A DNA stretch of 64,000 nt. It comes from Eledone cirrhosa (taxonomy: Eukaryota). Location: NCBI GenBank assembly GCA_964016885.1, contig OZ024741.1, forward strand, positions 109,740,001-109,804,000, given 5' to 3'. The stretch's first letter is position 1; every line of letters begins with the position of its first letter. The translations under genes were made by a program, and so were the position numbers. Shown here piece by piece: positions 16,434 to 30,117 of this stretch. The notes beneath the pieces are model-generated. The model was not told where the DNA came from, made no database searches, and worked only from the letters and a program-made list of their open reading frames with translations.

Positions 16434-16750
16434 TTGGAGCTCTGAAATAGCAATATATATATATGAATGTATATATAATGTAATTTTGCAATACACTTTA
16501 TGCTTAATTAAAAGCATTTTGAAGACCGAAATTAAAGGCAGAAATTAAAAATTAGAATCAGTGATCTCAGTAAACAGGAGGGAGTAGTTAGCCGTGATAA
16601 GCATCAATAAATGCGAAACAAGGCCTTGTCGGCTTATCTCCCCTTGTTTGCTGAGATTAAAGTAAGTGAGTTTGTCACTACTCTAAAACAATAACATACG
16701 GTCTTCAAAATGCTTTTAATTAAGCATAAAGTGTATTGCAAAATACATTA
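16428..16750 (+). mobile_element. pLTR-like element of the 2626 family with inverted arms and a hammerhead (G3-A8 mismatch)
   Basis: AGCC-GTGATAA-GCAT caataa ATGC-GAAAC AAGGCCTT GTC-GGCT at 16590-16634. Arms at about 16485-16528 and 16699-16743 are inverted. Confidence 0.65.
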
Positions 16751-17026
16751 TATATACATTCATATATATATATATATATATATAGCACCACTGACAATGT
16801 TGCAGATGTGCAACGAAAGAACTTTGATAAACTATATATATGTGTTTGTGTCTATATTGTATCTGTATTATTTTTGACCGTTGGTCAGTCAATGGCAACA
16901 TTGGGGACCGAATAAATTAGATTACCGATATAAAAGACACAGAAGCGAAAAGCGAAAACCAACCAAACAGTGAGTGTGTTCTGTTATTAATTCTGGCAAT
17001 ATTACACAAATATGACCCTCCCCAAG

Positions 17027-17060
<34 letters not shown>

Positions 17061-17152
17061 AATATATATATAAATATATATATATAAATATATATATAAA
17101 TATATATAAATATATATATATAAATATATATATATATAAATATATATATATA

Positions 17153-17213
<61 letters not shown>

Positions 17214-17224
17214 GAGTATATATA

Positions 17225-17937
17225 AGTAAGTATACGTACATACATATATGTATACAGACGTACAGTAGTATGTATACATATATATACATACATGAACATA
17301 TATATATATAAGTACGTATGGATTCACCGAATACTTATTATAATGCTCGGTGTGTTTGTAAATATATATGTGTGCATGTATGTATATATATGTATACATA
17401 CTACTGTACGTCTGAATACATATATGTATGTACGTATACATACTTATATTTAAGTAACAGCCGTACTAAGAGTGAGAAATGAAATTTCGTTTCATTTTTT
17501 CCGTTTATCGTTTTCGGTACCCCGGCCGATTAACTTACTCCATATGCAAATTAGGCTGCTTAGCCGTTAATATGCATAAGGAAAGTATATACTTTCAGAC
17601 GTTCAACCATCTGGCAGGAAGGTATACGTTGCTGACGATAGCTAATAAGCTTGAAACTAGTACAGCGTTCCTTTGTCAGTGTTGAACAAATGAGCAACGA
17701 TGGTTGCTAAACACTGTACGGCTTAATTCGCGATGTTTGTTTACAAACACACCGAGCATTATAATAAGTATTCGGTGAATCCATACGTACATATATATAT
17801 GTGTCCATGTATATATTTATGTATACATACTACTGCACGTCTGTATACATATATGTATGTACGTATACATACTTATATTTAAGTAACAGCCGTACTAAAA
17901 GTGAGAAATGAAATTTCGTTTCATTTTTTCCGTTTAT
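17225..17937 (+). mobile_element. Tandem (429-bp period) plus inverted pLTR/retrozyme-like element
   Basis: About 17385-17507 is repeated at about 17814-17936, and about 17225-17360 is the reverse complement of about 17740-17877. It contains an intact hammerhead and is flanked by (AT)n. Confidence 0.75.
17601..17687 (+). ncRNA. Type I hammerhead ribozyme, canonical core, long stem I
   Basis: ACGTTG-CTGACGA-T AGCT aata AGCT T-GAAAC TA GTA-CAGCGT. Outer pairs are GTTCAAC/GTTGAAC, CTGGCA/TGTCAG and GGA/TCC. Confidence 0.85.
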
Positions 17938-17939
17938 AA

Positions 17940-18018
<79 letters not shown>

Positions 18019-18019
18019 A

Positions 18020-18328
18020 TCGTTTAAATCTCGATTATATAGGCATTCTTACTCAATAAAACAACAGAGCCAAAGAAATGTAACAACTTTAGCAGGAAAA
18101 GCTTGGACGCTCAGGGATAGCGATCAAAAGTTTACCCTAAAATGGGAGAAATTAGCTAAAACCCAAAGCTTTTCCAGGAGCCAAAATTTCTACAAATTGT
18201 GTAATCTTGAGATCTATTACATAATCACACACAAGAAGAAATTGCTGAATAACAGAATTGAACGAACATTATTCTGCCGTCACCGAACTAAAACCCTTTT
18301 TTCCCACCACAAGCTGAATATTACATAA
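18020..18328 (+). mobile_element. Penelope-like element GIY-YIG endonuclease C-terminal fragment
   Basis: Stop-free frame not in the ORF track: SFKSRLYRHSYSIK...TTLAGKAWTLRDSDQKFTLKWEKLAKTQSFSRSQNFYKLCNLEIYYII...LLNNRIERTLFCRHRTK*. This is typical of the PLE endonuclease end (W..K..I.W, C.LC..E, LN.R.E..CRH). Confidence 0.75.
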
Positions 18329-18605
18329 AAGAGGGACAACCCCCCAACTATATAAACCTCAATCTAGTTAGAAAAATATAAAAACAATCTCTTCTCAACA
18401 TATATATGTATATTAATAACCTTAAATTACCACACTAATAATGGAAAGATATGCTGATGAGAATAGGTGCATATATGCTATAATGAATGTGTCTAAAAGC
18501 GACCATAAGTATGTATATATATGTGAAAATGTATATAAATAAGTAAATATATATATATATGTTTGATGTGTATAGTTAGATGTAAGTGCATTCATGTATT
18601 AAAGT

Positions 18606-18698
<93 letters not shown>

Positions 18699-19215
18699 GA
18701 CTGGAGTATGTGTGTATATATGTGTGTGTCTATACGTGTGTATATAAAAATAAGTTGAGTATGAAAATGTATACACATGAACGCGTATGTATGTACATGT
18801 ATATATGTGTATATATATATATGTATGCATGTGTATATGTATGTAAGTATGAGCATGTAAGTATGTGTATGTGAGTATATGTATTTTGTAGAGGTGTGCA
18901 TATATGTTTGTGTGTGAATGCGTGGGCGAAAGGATACGTACACTTGAAAGAAAAATTTAAGTCTGAATGTTAATTAAGTGCAAACACAAAACCAACCACG
19001 CATATCTATACTATCTCTAATCCTTCTATAGATTTAGAAAAATAACCAATAATATATTCTATAAAAATGTCAAAACAACAGATGGGAATCTAATTACTCA
19101 CTGCCACCAAAAATTCTCACTGCTATCAAAAAACCACTCCCTCAACTATTCTTCTAACGACTTCACCCCTCCCTCCTAATATTCTCTATAAAAACCAAAC
19201 AGGTCCCCAGTAAAA

Positions 19216-19336
19216 TTATTCCGATGAAATGACAGTTGATAATAACATTGAAATATTGAATGTCTGCATAACTAATACTATGTAGATAGCAGCTGTTTTC
19301 AAGTTATGTAACTGTTATAGAAACACGTGTCAATAA
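19216..19336 (+). ncRNA. Type I hammerhead relic with long stem II insertion (U4C)
   Basis: TTATT-CCGATGA-..GACAGTT...AACTGTT..-GAAAC ACGT GTC-AATAA. Stem III is palindromic. Confidence 0.55.
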
Positions 19337-19370
19337 ATTCCTTTTAACTAAATTGTATCCATTAAAATCC

Positions 19371-19476
<106 letters not shown>

Positions 19477-19493
19477 TATAAATATACATGCGT

Positions 19494-21009
19494 ACACACA
19501 CATATACATGAATGCATCCACACCCAACCGTGAGTTAATGGTGCCAACCTCACCGATGTTGCTCAATGAATGACTGGGACAGACCAATCCGGTTGAACTA
19601 GACTGAACTAGTATCAGAGTTAAAAATACATTATGCTTGAAGCTAGTAAAATGAGGTATCCTCTTGATAAGTCGGCAGACCTCGCAAAGACTCTATATCT
19701 TTATGATGTATTGTTTTTGTTTATGCCACGAAACTACGTAGTCGAGGAATCTAGGAGCAGTTTAGGTATGATACATTTTATTACTAATTATATCTAAATG
19801 TTTCTTCTCTCTTCATAATGTATTTTTAACTCTGATACTGGTTCAGTCTAGTTCAACCGGATTGGTCTGTCCCAGTCATTCATTGAGCAACATCGGTGAG
19901 GTTGGCACCATTAACTCACGGTTGGGTGTGGATGCATTCATGTATATGTGTGTGTCCGCATGTATCTGTGTGTTTCTAAATATATTGTTAATAACTCCCT
20001 CTGGTCGAGTAATCTTTGAAGTATGGTGACTGCTGGAAAGCTGCCATTACTCATACTTCTCGCCTCCTTCACCACCTTTTCTACGGCTTCGATATAAATA
20101 CCCCCTCCGCCTCCGTGGTATTTTCTTCGGGGTTATAAGAGGCTTAGCTCTGTTTCTCGACCGTTATATCGCGTGACTATCTCCCCCTCCGCCTTTTGGG
20201 ATTCTTTCTCACGTCGTGTAGACGCGTTCTTGAAGCTAGTAAAATGAGGTATCCTCTTGATAAGTCGGCAGACCTCGCAAAGACTCTATATCTTTATGGT
20301 GTATTGTTTTTGTTTATGCCACGAAACTACGTAGTCGAGGAATCTAGGAGCAGTTTAGGTATGATACATTTTATTACTAATTATATCTAAATGTTTCTTC
20401 TCTCTTCATAATGTATTTTTAACTCTGATACTGGTTCAGTCTAGTTCAACCGGATTGGTCTGTCCCAGTCATTCATTGAGCAACATCGGTGAGGTTGGCA
20501 CCATTAACTCACGGTTGGGTGTGGATGCATTCATGTATATGTGTGTGTCCGCATGTATCTGTGTGTTTCTAAATATATTGTTAATAACTCCCTCTGGTCG
20601 AGTAATCTTTGAAGTATGGTGACTGCTGGAAAGCTGCCATTACTCATACTTCTCGCCTCCTTCACCACCTTTTCTACGGCTTCGATATAAATACCCCCTC
20701 CGCCTCCGTGGTATTTTCTTCGGGGTTATAAGAGGCTTAGCTCTGTTTCTCGACCGTTATATCGCGTGACTATCTCCCCCTCCGCCTTTTGGGATTCTTT
20801 CTCACGTCGTGTAGACGCGTTCTTGAAGCTAGTAAAATGAGGTATCCTCTTGACAAGTCGGTAGACCTCGCAAAGGCTCTATATCTTTATGATGTATTGT
20901 TTTTGTTTATGCCACGAAACTACGTAGTCGAGGAATCTAGGAGCAGTTTAGGTACAATACATTTTATTACTAATTATATCTAAATGTTTCTTCTCTCTTC
21001 ATAATGTAT
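19494..21009 (+). mobile_element. 593-bp tandem array (2.3 units) preceded by an inverted partial copy, one hammerhead per unit
   Basis: Units start at 19636, 20229 and 20822 and are near-identical. 19494-19635 is the reverse complement of about 19813-19955. The array is flanked by (AT)n. Confidence 0.9.
19659..19748 (+). ncRNA. Type I hammerhead, U3-A8 variant (copy 1; copies at 20252-20341 and 20845-20934+)
   Basis: TCCTC-TTGATAA-GT cGGCA...TGCC AC-GAAAC TACGTA GTC-GAGGA. Stem III is the palindrome ACTACGTAGT. Confidence 0.7.
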
Positions 21010-21015
21010 ATAAAT

Positions 21016-21046
<31 letters not shown>

Positions 21047-21065
21047 AATAAATATATATATATAC

Positions 21066-21108
<43 letters not shown>

Positions 21109-21136
21109 TATATATAAATATAAATATATATAAATA

Positions 21137-21172
<36 letters not shown>

Positions 21173-21239
21173 GATATATAAATATATATAAATAAATATA
21201 AATATATATATATATAAATATATAAATATATATATATAT

Positions 21240-21915
21240 AATTTAGTTATTATTGCACCAACGTGAGATATATGATTTTTAATGCAATGAAATATCTATG
21301 ATCGTTGGCAAATCACTGATGAGGGACTCATTCTATAACACGTTATCCATGTGCAACCTGCAGTATTCTTCTCCCCATTTTTTCACATATATTTACCTAA
21401 ACTGCGATTCTGTTTTTCTCTCTCTCTTACTGCTCCCTCGTTCTCTCTGTTTCTCTTACTTTCTTTCGCCCCATCTGTCATGTCAGTTAACACTTTCTCT
21501 CTACTGACCTCTTCCTCACACTTCCACTCACTCACTCACTCACTGTTTCTCCCCTTCTCACTTCACCCCGTTCGCGACGAAAACAATTTCCTTCTTTCTT
21601 ACATTGGATTCATCTCGAAAGGTCTATTTTCTACGCGCTCATATATTCACCCAGCTTATGCTGATAGAATAACTATGTAGCTTGTGCCTCTTCCTATCTA
21701 CGGTTAGCTTTCCTCTTTGTTGTTACTTGTCTCACTCGCTTTACGCGTTTTAATTGTCCTAATAACTTAATTTAGTTATTATTGCACCAACGTGAGGTAT
21801 ATGATTTTTAATGCAATGAAATATCTATGATCGTTGGCAAATCACTGATGAGGGACTCATTTATAACATGTTATCCATGTGCAACCTGCAGTATTCTTCT
21901 CTCCATTTTTTCATA
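21240..21915. repeat. Interspersed repeat with about 145-bp terminal direct repeats; diverged copy at about 61300-61825
   Basis: ATTTAGTTATTATTGCACCAACGTGAG...CAGTATTCTTCTCC occurs at 21241 and about 21770. The pyrimidine-rich interior is shared with 61325-61690. Confidence 0.8.
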
Positions 21916-22060
21916 TATATATAATATATATATATAAATATATAAATATATATATATATAATATATATATATATATAATATAGGTAAGTTATTCCGGGTT
22001 GAATCGGAGGTAACCACAGTAAGTAAGGTACTCAATACATTGCAGAGTATAAAAGTTTTA

Positions 22061-22180
22061 ATATAGATGAGATTCTACAGGACTAGAACTGTTTCATTCT
22101 TTAGAAATCATCAGGAACCCTGATTCCTGATGATTTCTAAAGAAAGAAACAGTTCTAGTCCTGTAGAATCTCATCTATAT
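22061..22180. ncRNA. Palindromic pair of type I hammerheads (one per strand)
   Basis: The plus arm 22124-22180 reads TTC-CTGATGA-TTTCT aa AGAAA-GAAACAG ttctagtc CTGTA-GAA. 22061-22117 is its reverse complement with 1 mismatch. Confidence 0.8.
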
Positions 22181-22219
22181 ATAATATATATATATATATA
22201 TATAAATATATATATAAAT

Positions 22220-22284
<65 letters not shown>

Positions 22285-22316
22285 AATATATATATAAAAA
22301 TATATATATATATATA

Positions 22317-22365
<49 letters not shown>

Positions 22366-22500
22366 GTGAGGTTTTTTTTACAAAATGAAAAATAACCGAG
22401 GTGTCCTACACGAGTGGAAGTATAAAGAAAAAGGGATGAAATCGAAAATGCAACTGAAGTCTTATTTTTTTTTTTTTTAAATATATATATTTATTTGGTT

Positions 22501-22538
22501 CCTTTACCGGTTTCGCAGTTCTTCTGCTTTTCAAAAGG
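22501..22538 (-). ncRNA. Minimal type I hammerhead, U3-A8 variant
   Basis: Minus strand: CCTT-TTGAAAA-GCAG aagaa CTGC-GAAAC CG GTA-AAGG. Confidence 0.7.
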
Positions 22539-22569
22539 TGAGTTGAGATGGAGGGTCTGTGGTTTTTCT

Positions 22570-22634
<65 letters not shown>

Positions 22635-22667
22635 AATATATATATAAATATAAATATATATATAAAT

Positions 22668-22698
<31 letters not shown>

Positions 22699-22723
22699 AA
22701 TATATATATAAATATATATATAA

Positions 22724-22857
<134 letters not shown>

Positions 22858-23071
22858 TGTGTGAGAGAGAGAGAGAGATTGCAAGCTACCAGTTTACAGT
22901 ATTGTGACCATTGTTCAGCTAACAACTCAATACTTGGGCAAGTATAGTGTGTTGGTATTGTAAAGAATTATTGCCGGACGGCTGAGCTCTTGCCGGTTCG
23001 ACTAACTCTTTGAAATATATATATATATTCTTTCTAGTTTTTATATTTGAAAACGAAATTCTTTATATTTT

Positions 23072-23120
<49 letters not shown>

Positions 23121-23204
23121 TTTGAAAGGGTAAAGGCTGTGTGGTTGCTAATACCGACTGTTTATGTATATTACCTTTTACATACATACATATATATTTA
23201 TATG

Positions 23205-23927
<723 letters not shown>

Positions 23928-23977
23928 GTAGAACACTGGAAGGTAATATCCCTAGTGGTAGAGCACTCAGTCCATTA

Positions 23978-24015
23978 CGAGCTGAGGATCCGCTAAGCTG
24001 AAACAGTTGTTCTCG
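23978..24015 (+). ncRNA. Candidate minimal hammerhead
   Basis: CGAG-CTGAGGA-tcc GCT a AGC t-GAAACA gt TGTT-CTCG. Stem II is weak and the cleavage triplet is GUU. Confidence 0.45.
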
Positions 24016-25079
24016 GTATGGTGAACTAACTGTTGTGTAACCACATCTTTATATATATATATATCTAAACTATAACAAAGGAAGGTCTGCAGGACTGCGT
24101 CCTGTTAGTAAAATAAGTTGGATTACTTTGAATAAATAATGAATGAATATTACATAATTTATCTACTAAATTTCGTAAACAAAAATAATTTCGTAAAAAT
24201 AAATAATTTAAAATTGACTTCTTTTCAAAGTTGCACTTCCGGTATATCGTTTCCATCACCACCACCACTTCAACTACCATACATATAGAAAGAGAGAGTG
24301 TGTGATGTCAACACTTCCGGTGGCGATCACTTAAATAAACATACTAATTTTCTGTCACTAATTTTCTCCTAATGCAGTTTATATATAATATCGTCTTTTT
24401 TTAATGTATCATGGATTACGTTACTGATTACATAAGACAGTGTAACAACGTCTTCGCTCAATTTCTGTTTATATTGTCAATTACGGTTTTATTTGATGTA
24501 TCATATCTACATGCATATATACTTGCGTATAATATCAATATACACACTACACATGCTAGCAGAAGCCCACCCGAAGGGTGGTTTATCTGCTAGTATATAT
24601 AAATATATATCCCTCATTTCTAGAAGCATGTTTAGTATACACAAATGAACTTAAGTTGAATAACCTTCGTTGTAGACAACACATCTACCAACACCACCAC
24701 CACCACCACCACCACCACCACCAACACGATCGACAACATCTATACCAACACCAACAACACAAACACCGCCACTGCCACCACCATCAACCACCACCACCAA
24801 CACAATCACCCTCCACACATACATACACAAACACACATAGATGCACTCACATATACTTTCCCATTCACTGATACATTCCCCTCCCTTCTCTATTAATTCT
24901 CATATTTATATGAATCCACATTGATCTATATCTCCCTACTCAACGCTCTACCCACCCACCCGCTTATGACCAAAATATGCCCCGCTGAGGTTTTTTATCG
25001 ACACGCTGCGCCACCTTGTCGCCACAGTTCCGTCTGTACTGCCGCCATATATACTTGTGTGTATATGTGCGTATGTATG

Positions 25080-25117
<38 letters not shown>

Positions 25118-25283
25118 TATAAATGTGTGTGTGTATATATATATATAGTATATATACACGCACACATTTATATATATATGTATAAGTATATATATATATA
25201 TATACACGCACACATTTATATATGTATATGCATTATATACACGCACACATTTATATATATATATATGTATATATGTGCGTATG

Positions 25284-25332
<49 letters not shown>

Positions 25333-25446
25333 TATATATATATATATAAATGTGTGCGTGTATATATACATATACTTATACATATATATATATATAAATG
25401 TGTGCGTGAATATATATATAAATGTGTGCGTGTGTATATATATATT

Positions 25447-25497
<51 letters not shown>

Positions 25498-25764
25498 TAT
25501 ATGTATGTATATATATATTCAAATGACATAACATCGAATATTAACTATAATTATCAGCAATCCATGATTCCATCCTGCTTTACACACCAACGCCGTCAAC
25601 ACCACCTCCACACTATAACCATCACTACCATTACCACCATCACCATCACACTTCCATGTGGAATGGATCAATACGCCCGCAAACACACATCATCACACAC
25701 AAATACATATGCATATTATAAAAGCATATGCATATGTGCATGTGAATGTGGATGTATAAATATT

Positions 25765-25930
<166 letters not shown>

Positions 25931-25994
25931 TACCGTTTAACCCTTGCTAGCGTGGAAGATGGACGTTAAACGCTGATGATGATGATATATAAAT

Positions 25995-26031
<37 letters not shown>

Positions 26032-27068
26032 TATAAATGTGTCTGTGTGTGTTCATGCGTATATATAGAGAGTGGGGGGGGGGGGTGAGAGATTATATAG
26101 ATTATATATATCTACATGTGAAGTTCTATGCTTGTATTATTGAACGGTTCGTAAATTTGCGTAAGAAACACATGGTCTTGAGTTCGAACCCTCGAGCAAT
26201 TTGAGATCAGTTAAAATCTTTCGTGTGAGAAATTTCGTAGAAGGAAATCTGGAAAATTACCTATGATTCAAGCACCCGATATACCCGACGTCAAAATATA
26301 AAAATGTTGAGCTGCACTGAATTACTGAAGTATGTTTGCATTTATATGGACTTGTGATTGCGACGGCGGCTGGCTTGTTAGTTATGGTTTTTCAGCTCAT
26401 ATATCGCGTTGTGTCCTCGAGAATGACTGTATTTCACGTTGATCCAGTCCACATCCTTATAACTGCGCTATGGGTACAGGTGTCAGTGGAAGTCTCAGCC
26501 ACTCGGACGTTAATTTCATGAAAAGACTGCTCCATTGATCAAACAACTAGAACAGTTGTCGTGGGAATAGACGGCAGTTCAACAAACAGACACACACACA
26601 ATTGGTTACGAAGATAACTTGTCAATTATGCTATCTCGCGCCCGATCCCACTCCAGGGCATGTTAAGCAAGTATCTTTACCACAGATTCTGGTTGAGCCA
26701 AGCATCCCGAGTAAAATATCGTAGAGAGATTCTGTGTGGAAGGCTATCTGATGATCATGTCATTCGACGATCCTGCTCTGGTATATATTGTATCACGATT
26801 TTTAACCGAAAATTACGATATGGGTACACGATTATGTAAAATACTCAACCACTGAATTTTCGAGTCAGAATTAATGCTCATCATTGAAACAGATGGAGAA
26901 TGCTACACTCTACACCCCAGTACTCAATCAGATAATGTTTGAATGTTTCTATATGTCTATGTATATACAGAGAGAGAGAGGAGAGAAGGGGGGGGGGGGA
27001 GAACGAGAGAGAATGTGTGTGGTAACGATAGTGAAAGAGGTGACTATGATTGGTTGTGGTGCCTGATG

Positions 27069-27268
27069 NNNNNNNNNNNNNNNNNNNNNNNNNNNNNNNN
27101 NNNNNNNNNNNNNNNNNNNNNNNNNNNNNNNNNNNNNNNNNNNNNNNNNNNNNNNNNNNNNNNNNNNNNNNNNNNNNNNNNNNNNNNNNNNNNNNNNNNN
27201 NNNNNNNNNNNNNNNNNNNNNNNNNNNNNNNNNNNNNNNNNNNNNNNNNNNNNNNNNNNNNNNNNNNN
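27069..27268. other. Assembly gap (200 N)
   Basis: Run of N. Confidence 1.
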
Positions 27269-27470
27269 CAAAGTGCTCGTGGAATTAACGTGCAAGCGAC
27301 TGAGCCTTCAACAGACACGCGTACCCTTCACATAGTTCTCAGGGAGATTCAGCGAACTGGACTGGAGCAACACCAAATAGTATCTTGCTGAAGGACACAA
27401 CACAGGACTCGAACGCATTCATGACCTTCCGGTCATAAGTCGAATACCCTTCTCACACAAACACACATAC

Positions 27471-27503
<33 letters not shown>

Positions 27504-27525
27504 TGTATGTATGTATGTATATGTA

Positions 27526-27559
<34 letters not shown>

Positions 27560-27594
27560 CACACATATGTATATATATATATATATATACACAC

Positions 27595-27648
<54 letters not shown>

Positions 27649-27819
27649 ATATATAGATATATATATATACATATATATACATATATGTGTGCGTGTGTAT
27701 ACATATATATATATTTATATATGCCAACACAAGACCAAGAATGAGGGGGACTCATTCTACTGACATGGCTTAAAAGAGGTTGTTTGCATAATTGCAAACG
27801 AATCGAATATTATTATTAA

Positions 27820-27957
27820 TGCACAGTTACGTCCCTTTACGGACTGAGTTCAAATCCCGCCGAGGTTAACTTTGCCTTTCATCCTTACGATAAAATAAAG
27901 TACCAGTAATACACTGGGATAATTGCTGGCCTTGTGCCAAAAGTAGAAACAATTATT
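27820..27957 (+). mobile_element. tRNA-derived SINE, family B
   Basis: GAGTTCAAATCCCGCCGAGGTTAACTTTGCCTTTCATCC...GTGCCAAAAGTAGAAACAATTATT. Confidence 0.8.
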
Positions 27958-28193
27958 AATATTTGAAAAACTCATATTACATAATATATATATAAATATA
28001 CATATAAATATATATATACATAAATTCATACATATAAATATATGTGTATACATATATACATATACATATATGTATATACATATATACATATACATATACA
28101 TATATATATATATATATATATGAATAGATAAATATTCATATAGAGAGATACAGACACACACACATACACACACATACAATATATATATATATA

Positions 28194-28259
<66 letters not shown>

Positions 28260-28480
28260 TTCAAACATCGGCCTCAATTGTATATATACATAAACATACA
28301 TATATATTATTTTGATTAAGTCATTTTGCTATTGACTAAACACACGTCTAATATTTGAACATCCATTCATATACTACATCAAGGACTTTGTCATTCATTC
28401 TAGTCACTCCCGAATTCTCTCTCTCTCTCTCTCTCTCACTACTTGTTTTCTCCCAACCTGTCTCTCTCTCTTTGTCTCTC

Positions 28481-28567
<87 letters not shown>

Positions 28568-28866
28568 TCTCACTCACTCTCTCGGGTTACAGAAGAAACA
28601 AATGATGAAACCATGCATAAGTAATCCATATTAAATATACTGTCTCGGGCAAAATGCACCAATTGTTTGTTCAGGCGACATCCAGGCACACACACACACA
28701 TATATATATATATACATATATATATACACATATATATAAAATTGGGTGTGCAAACGAAAGAAAGAGCAATCGATTCAAGGCGCGGAAATTTTGTATGAAC
28801 ACATATATATAAGTATATATATAAGTATATATACTTACATATATGTATATATATATATATATATAT

Positions 28867-28910
<44 letters not shown>

Positions 28911-28936
28911 ACACACACATACATACATATATATAT

Positions 28937-28986
<50 letters not shown>

Positions 28987-29096
28987 ACACACACATACAT
29001 ACATATATATATACACACATACATACATATATATACATATATACACATACATACATATATATACATATATATATATATACACACATATATATATAT

Positions 29097-29129
<33 letters not shown>

Positions 29130-29744
29130 CACATACATACATATATATACATATATATACACATACATACATATATATACATATATATATACATATATAT
29201 ATATATATAAATAAATACATAGAGATCCCGAGTTAAATAGGGAGTAATCACAATTAAAAAGGTACTTAATACATTAGTGTAGTGTAAACATCATTATTTA
29301 CTACAAAAATGGCCTCTCCGTGACTGTTTCATAGAAATGCTTCCTGTGGAAGCCATTTATATATATATATATATATATAGTTATATATAATACGTTATGT
29401 ATGTTTAAGTGAAACATATGCATTAATATATAGCTAGATAAGGTCTATACATAATTATATTCCATGTAATATATTTGCATATATTATACATGTTAATTAC
29501 GCCTGTGCAATTGCTTTAGATATCAATATTATTTATCGTATCAGAAATATCAAATCTGTAGGCGATACTCAGTGTGTGTTCAGACAATAATGTCTAAAAT
29601 AAAGGTGAAGTACTACGTGTGGCTGTATAGTTTGTGGTTTAATCCCATTACCTAGTAGCAACTCTTTAACTTTCATCTTAAGTTGACCTCGTCAGAAAAA
29701 TCTGACCAAGGAAAATTTGTGAAAACACATTGTGTATTTGTATG

Positions 29745-29777
<33 letters not shown>

Positions 29778-29952
29778 CTGTGTGTATGTCTGTGTGCGTG
29801 CTTACCTTTACTAGCGATTCGACAAAATAAGATCGATAAAATCGGTATCATACTGGAATCATAAGTACTTGGATTGATATGGTTGATTATAATATTGAAG
29901 ATCCCAGTGTGGTGGTGGCCTAATGACTAAAACCAGTATTACACACACACAG

Positions 29953-30001
<49 letters not shown>

Positions 30002-30060
30002 TATATGTATATACACACTAGTATATATATATATATATGTATACACACACACACACACAC

Positions 30061-30117
<57 letters not shown>

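Noticed and set aside
20196-20390. Repeated 64-aa ORF (also 20789) and mirrored ORFs at 51978/52511
   Set aside because: Recurrence is due to DNA duplication. There is no recognisable domain, and the 64-aa ORF starts at TTG.
21286-21335. CTGATGA (also 21845, and CTGACGA at 61754) as a hammerhead
   Set aside because: There is no downstream GAAA/stem II. A type II reading using the upstream GAAA lacks stems II and III.
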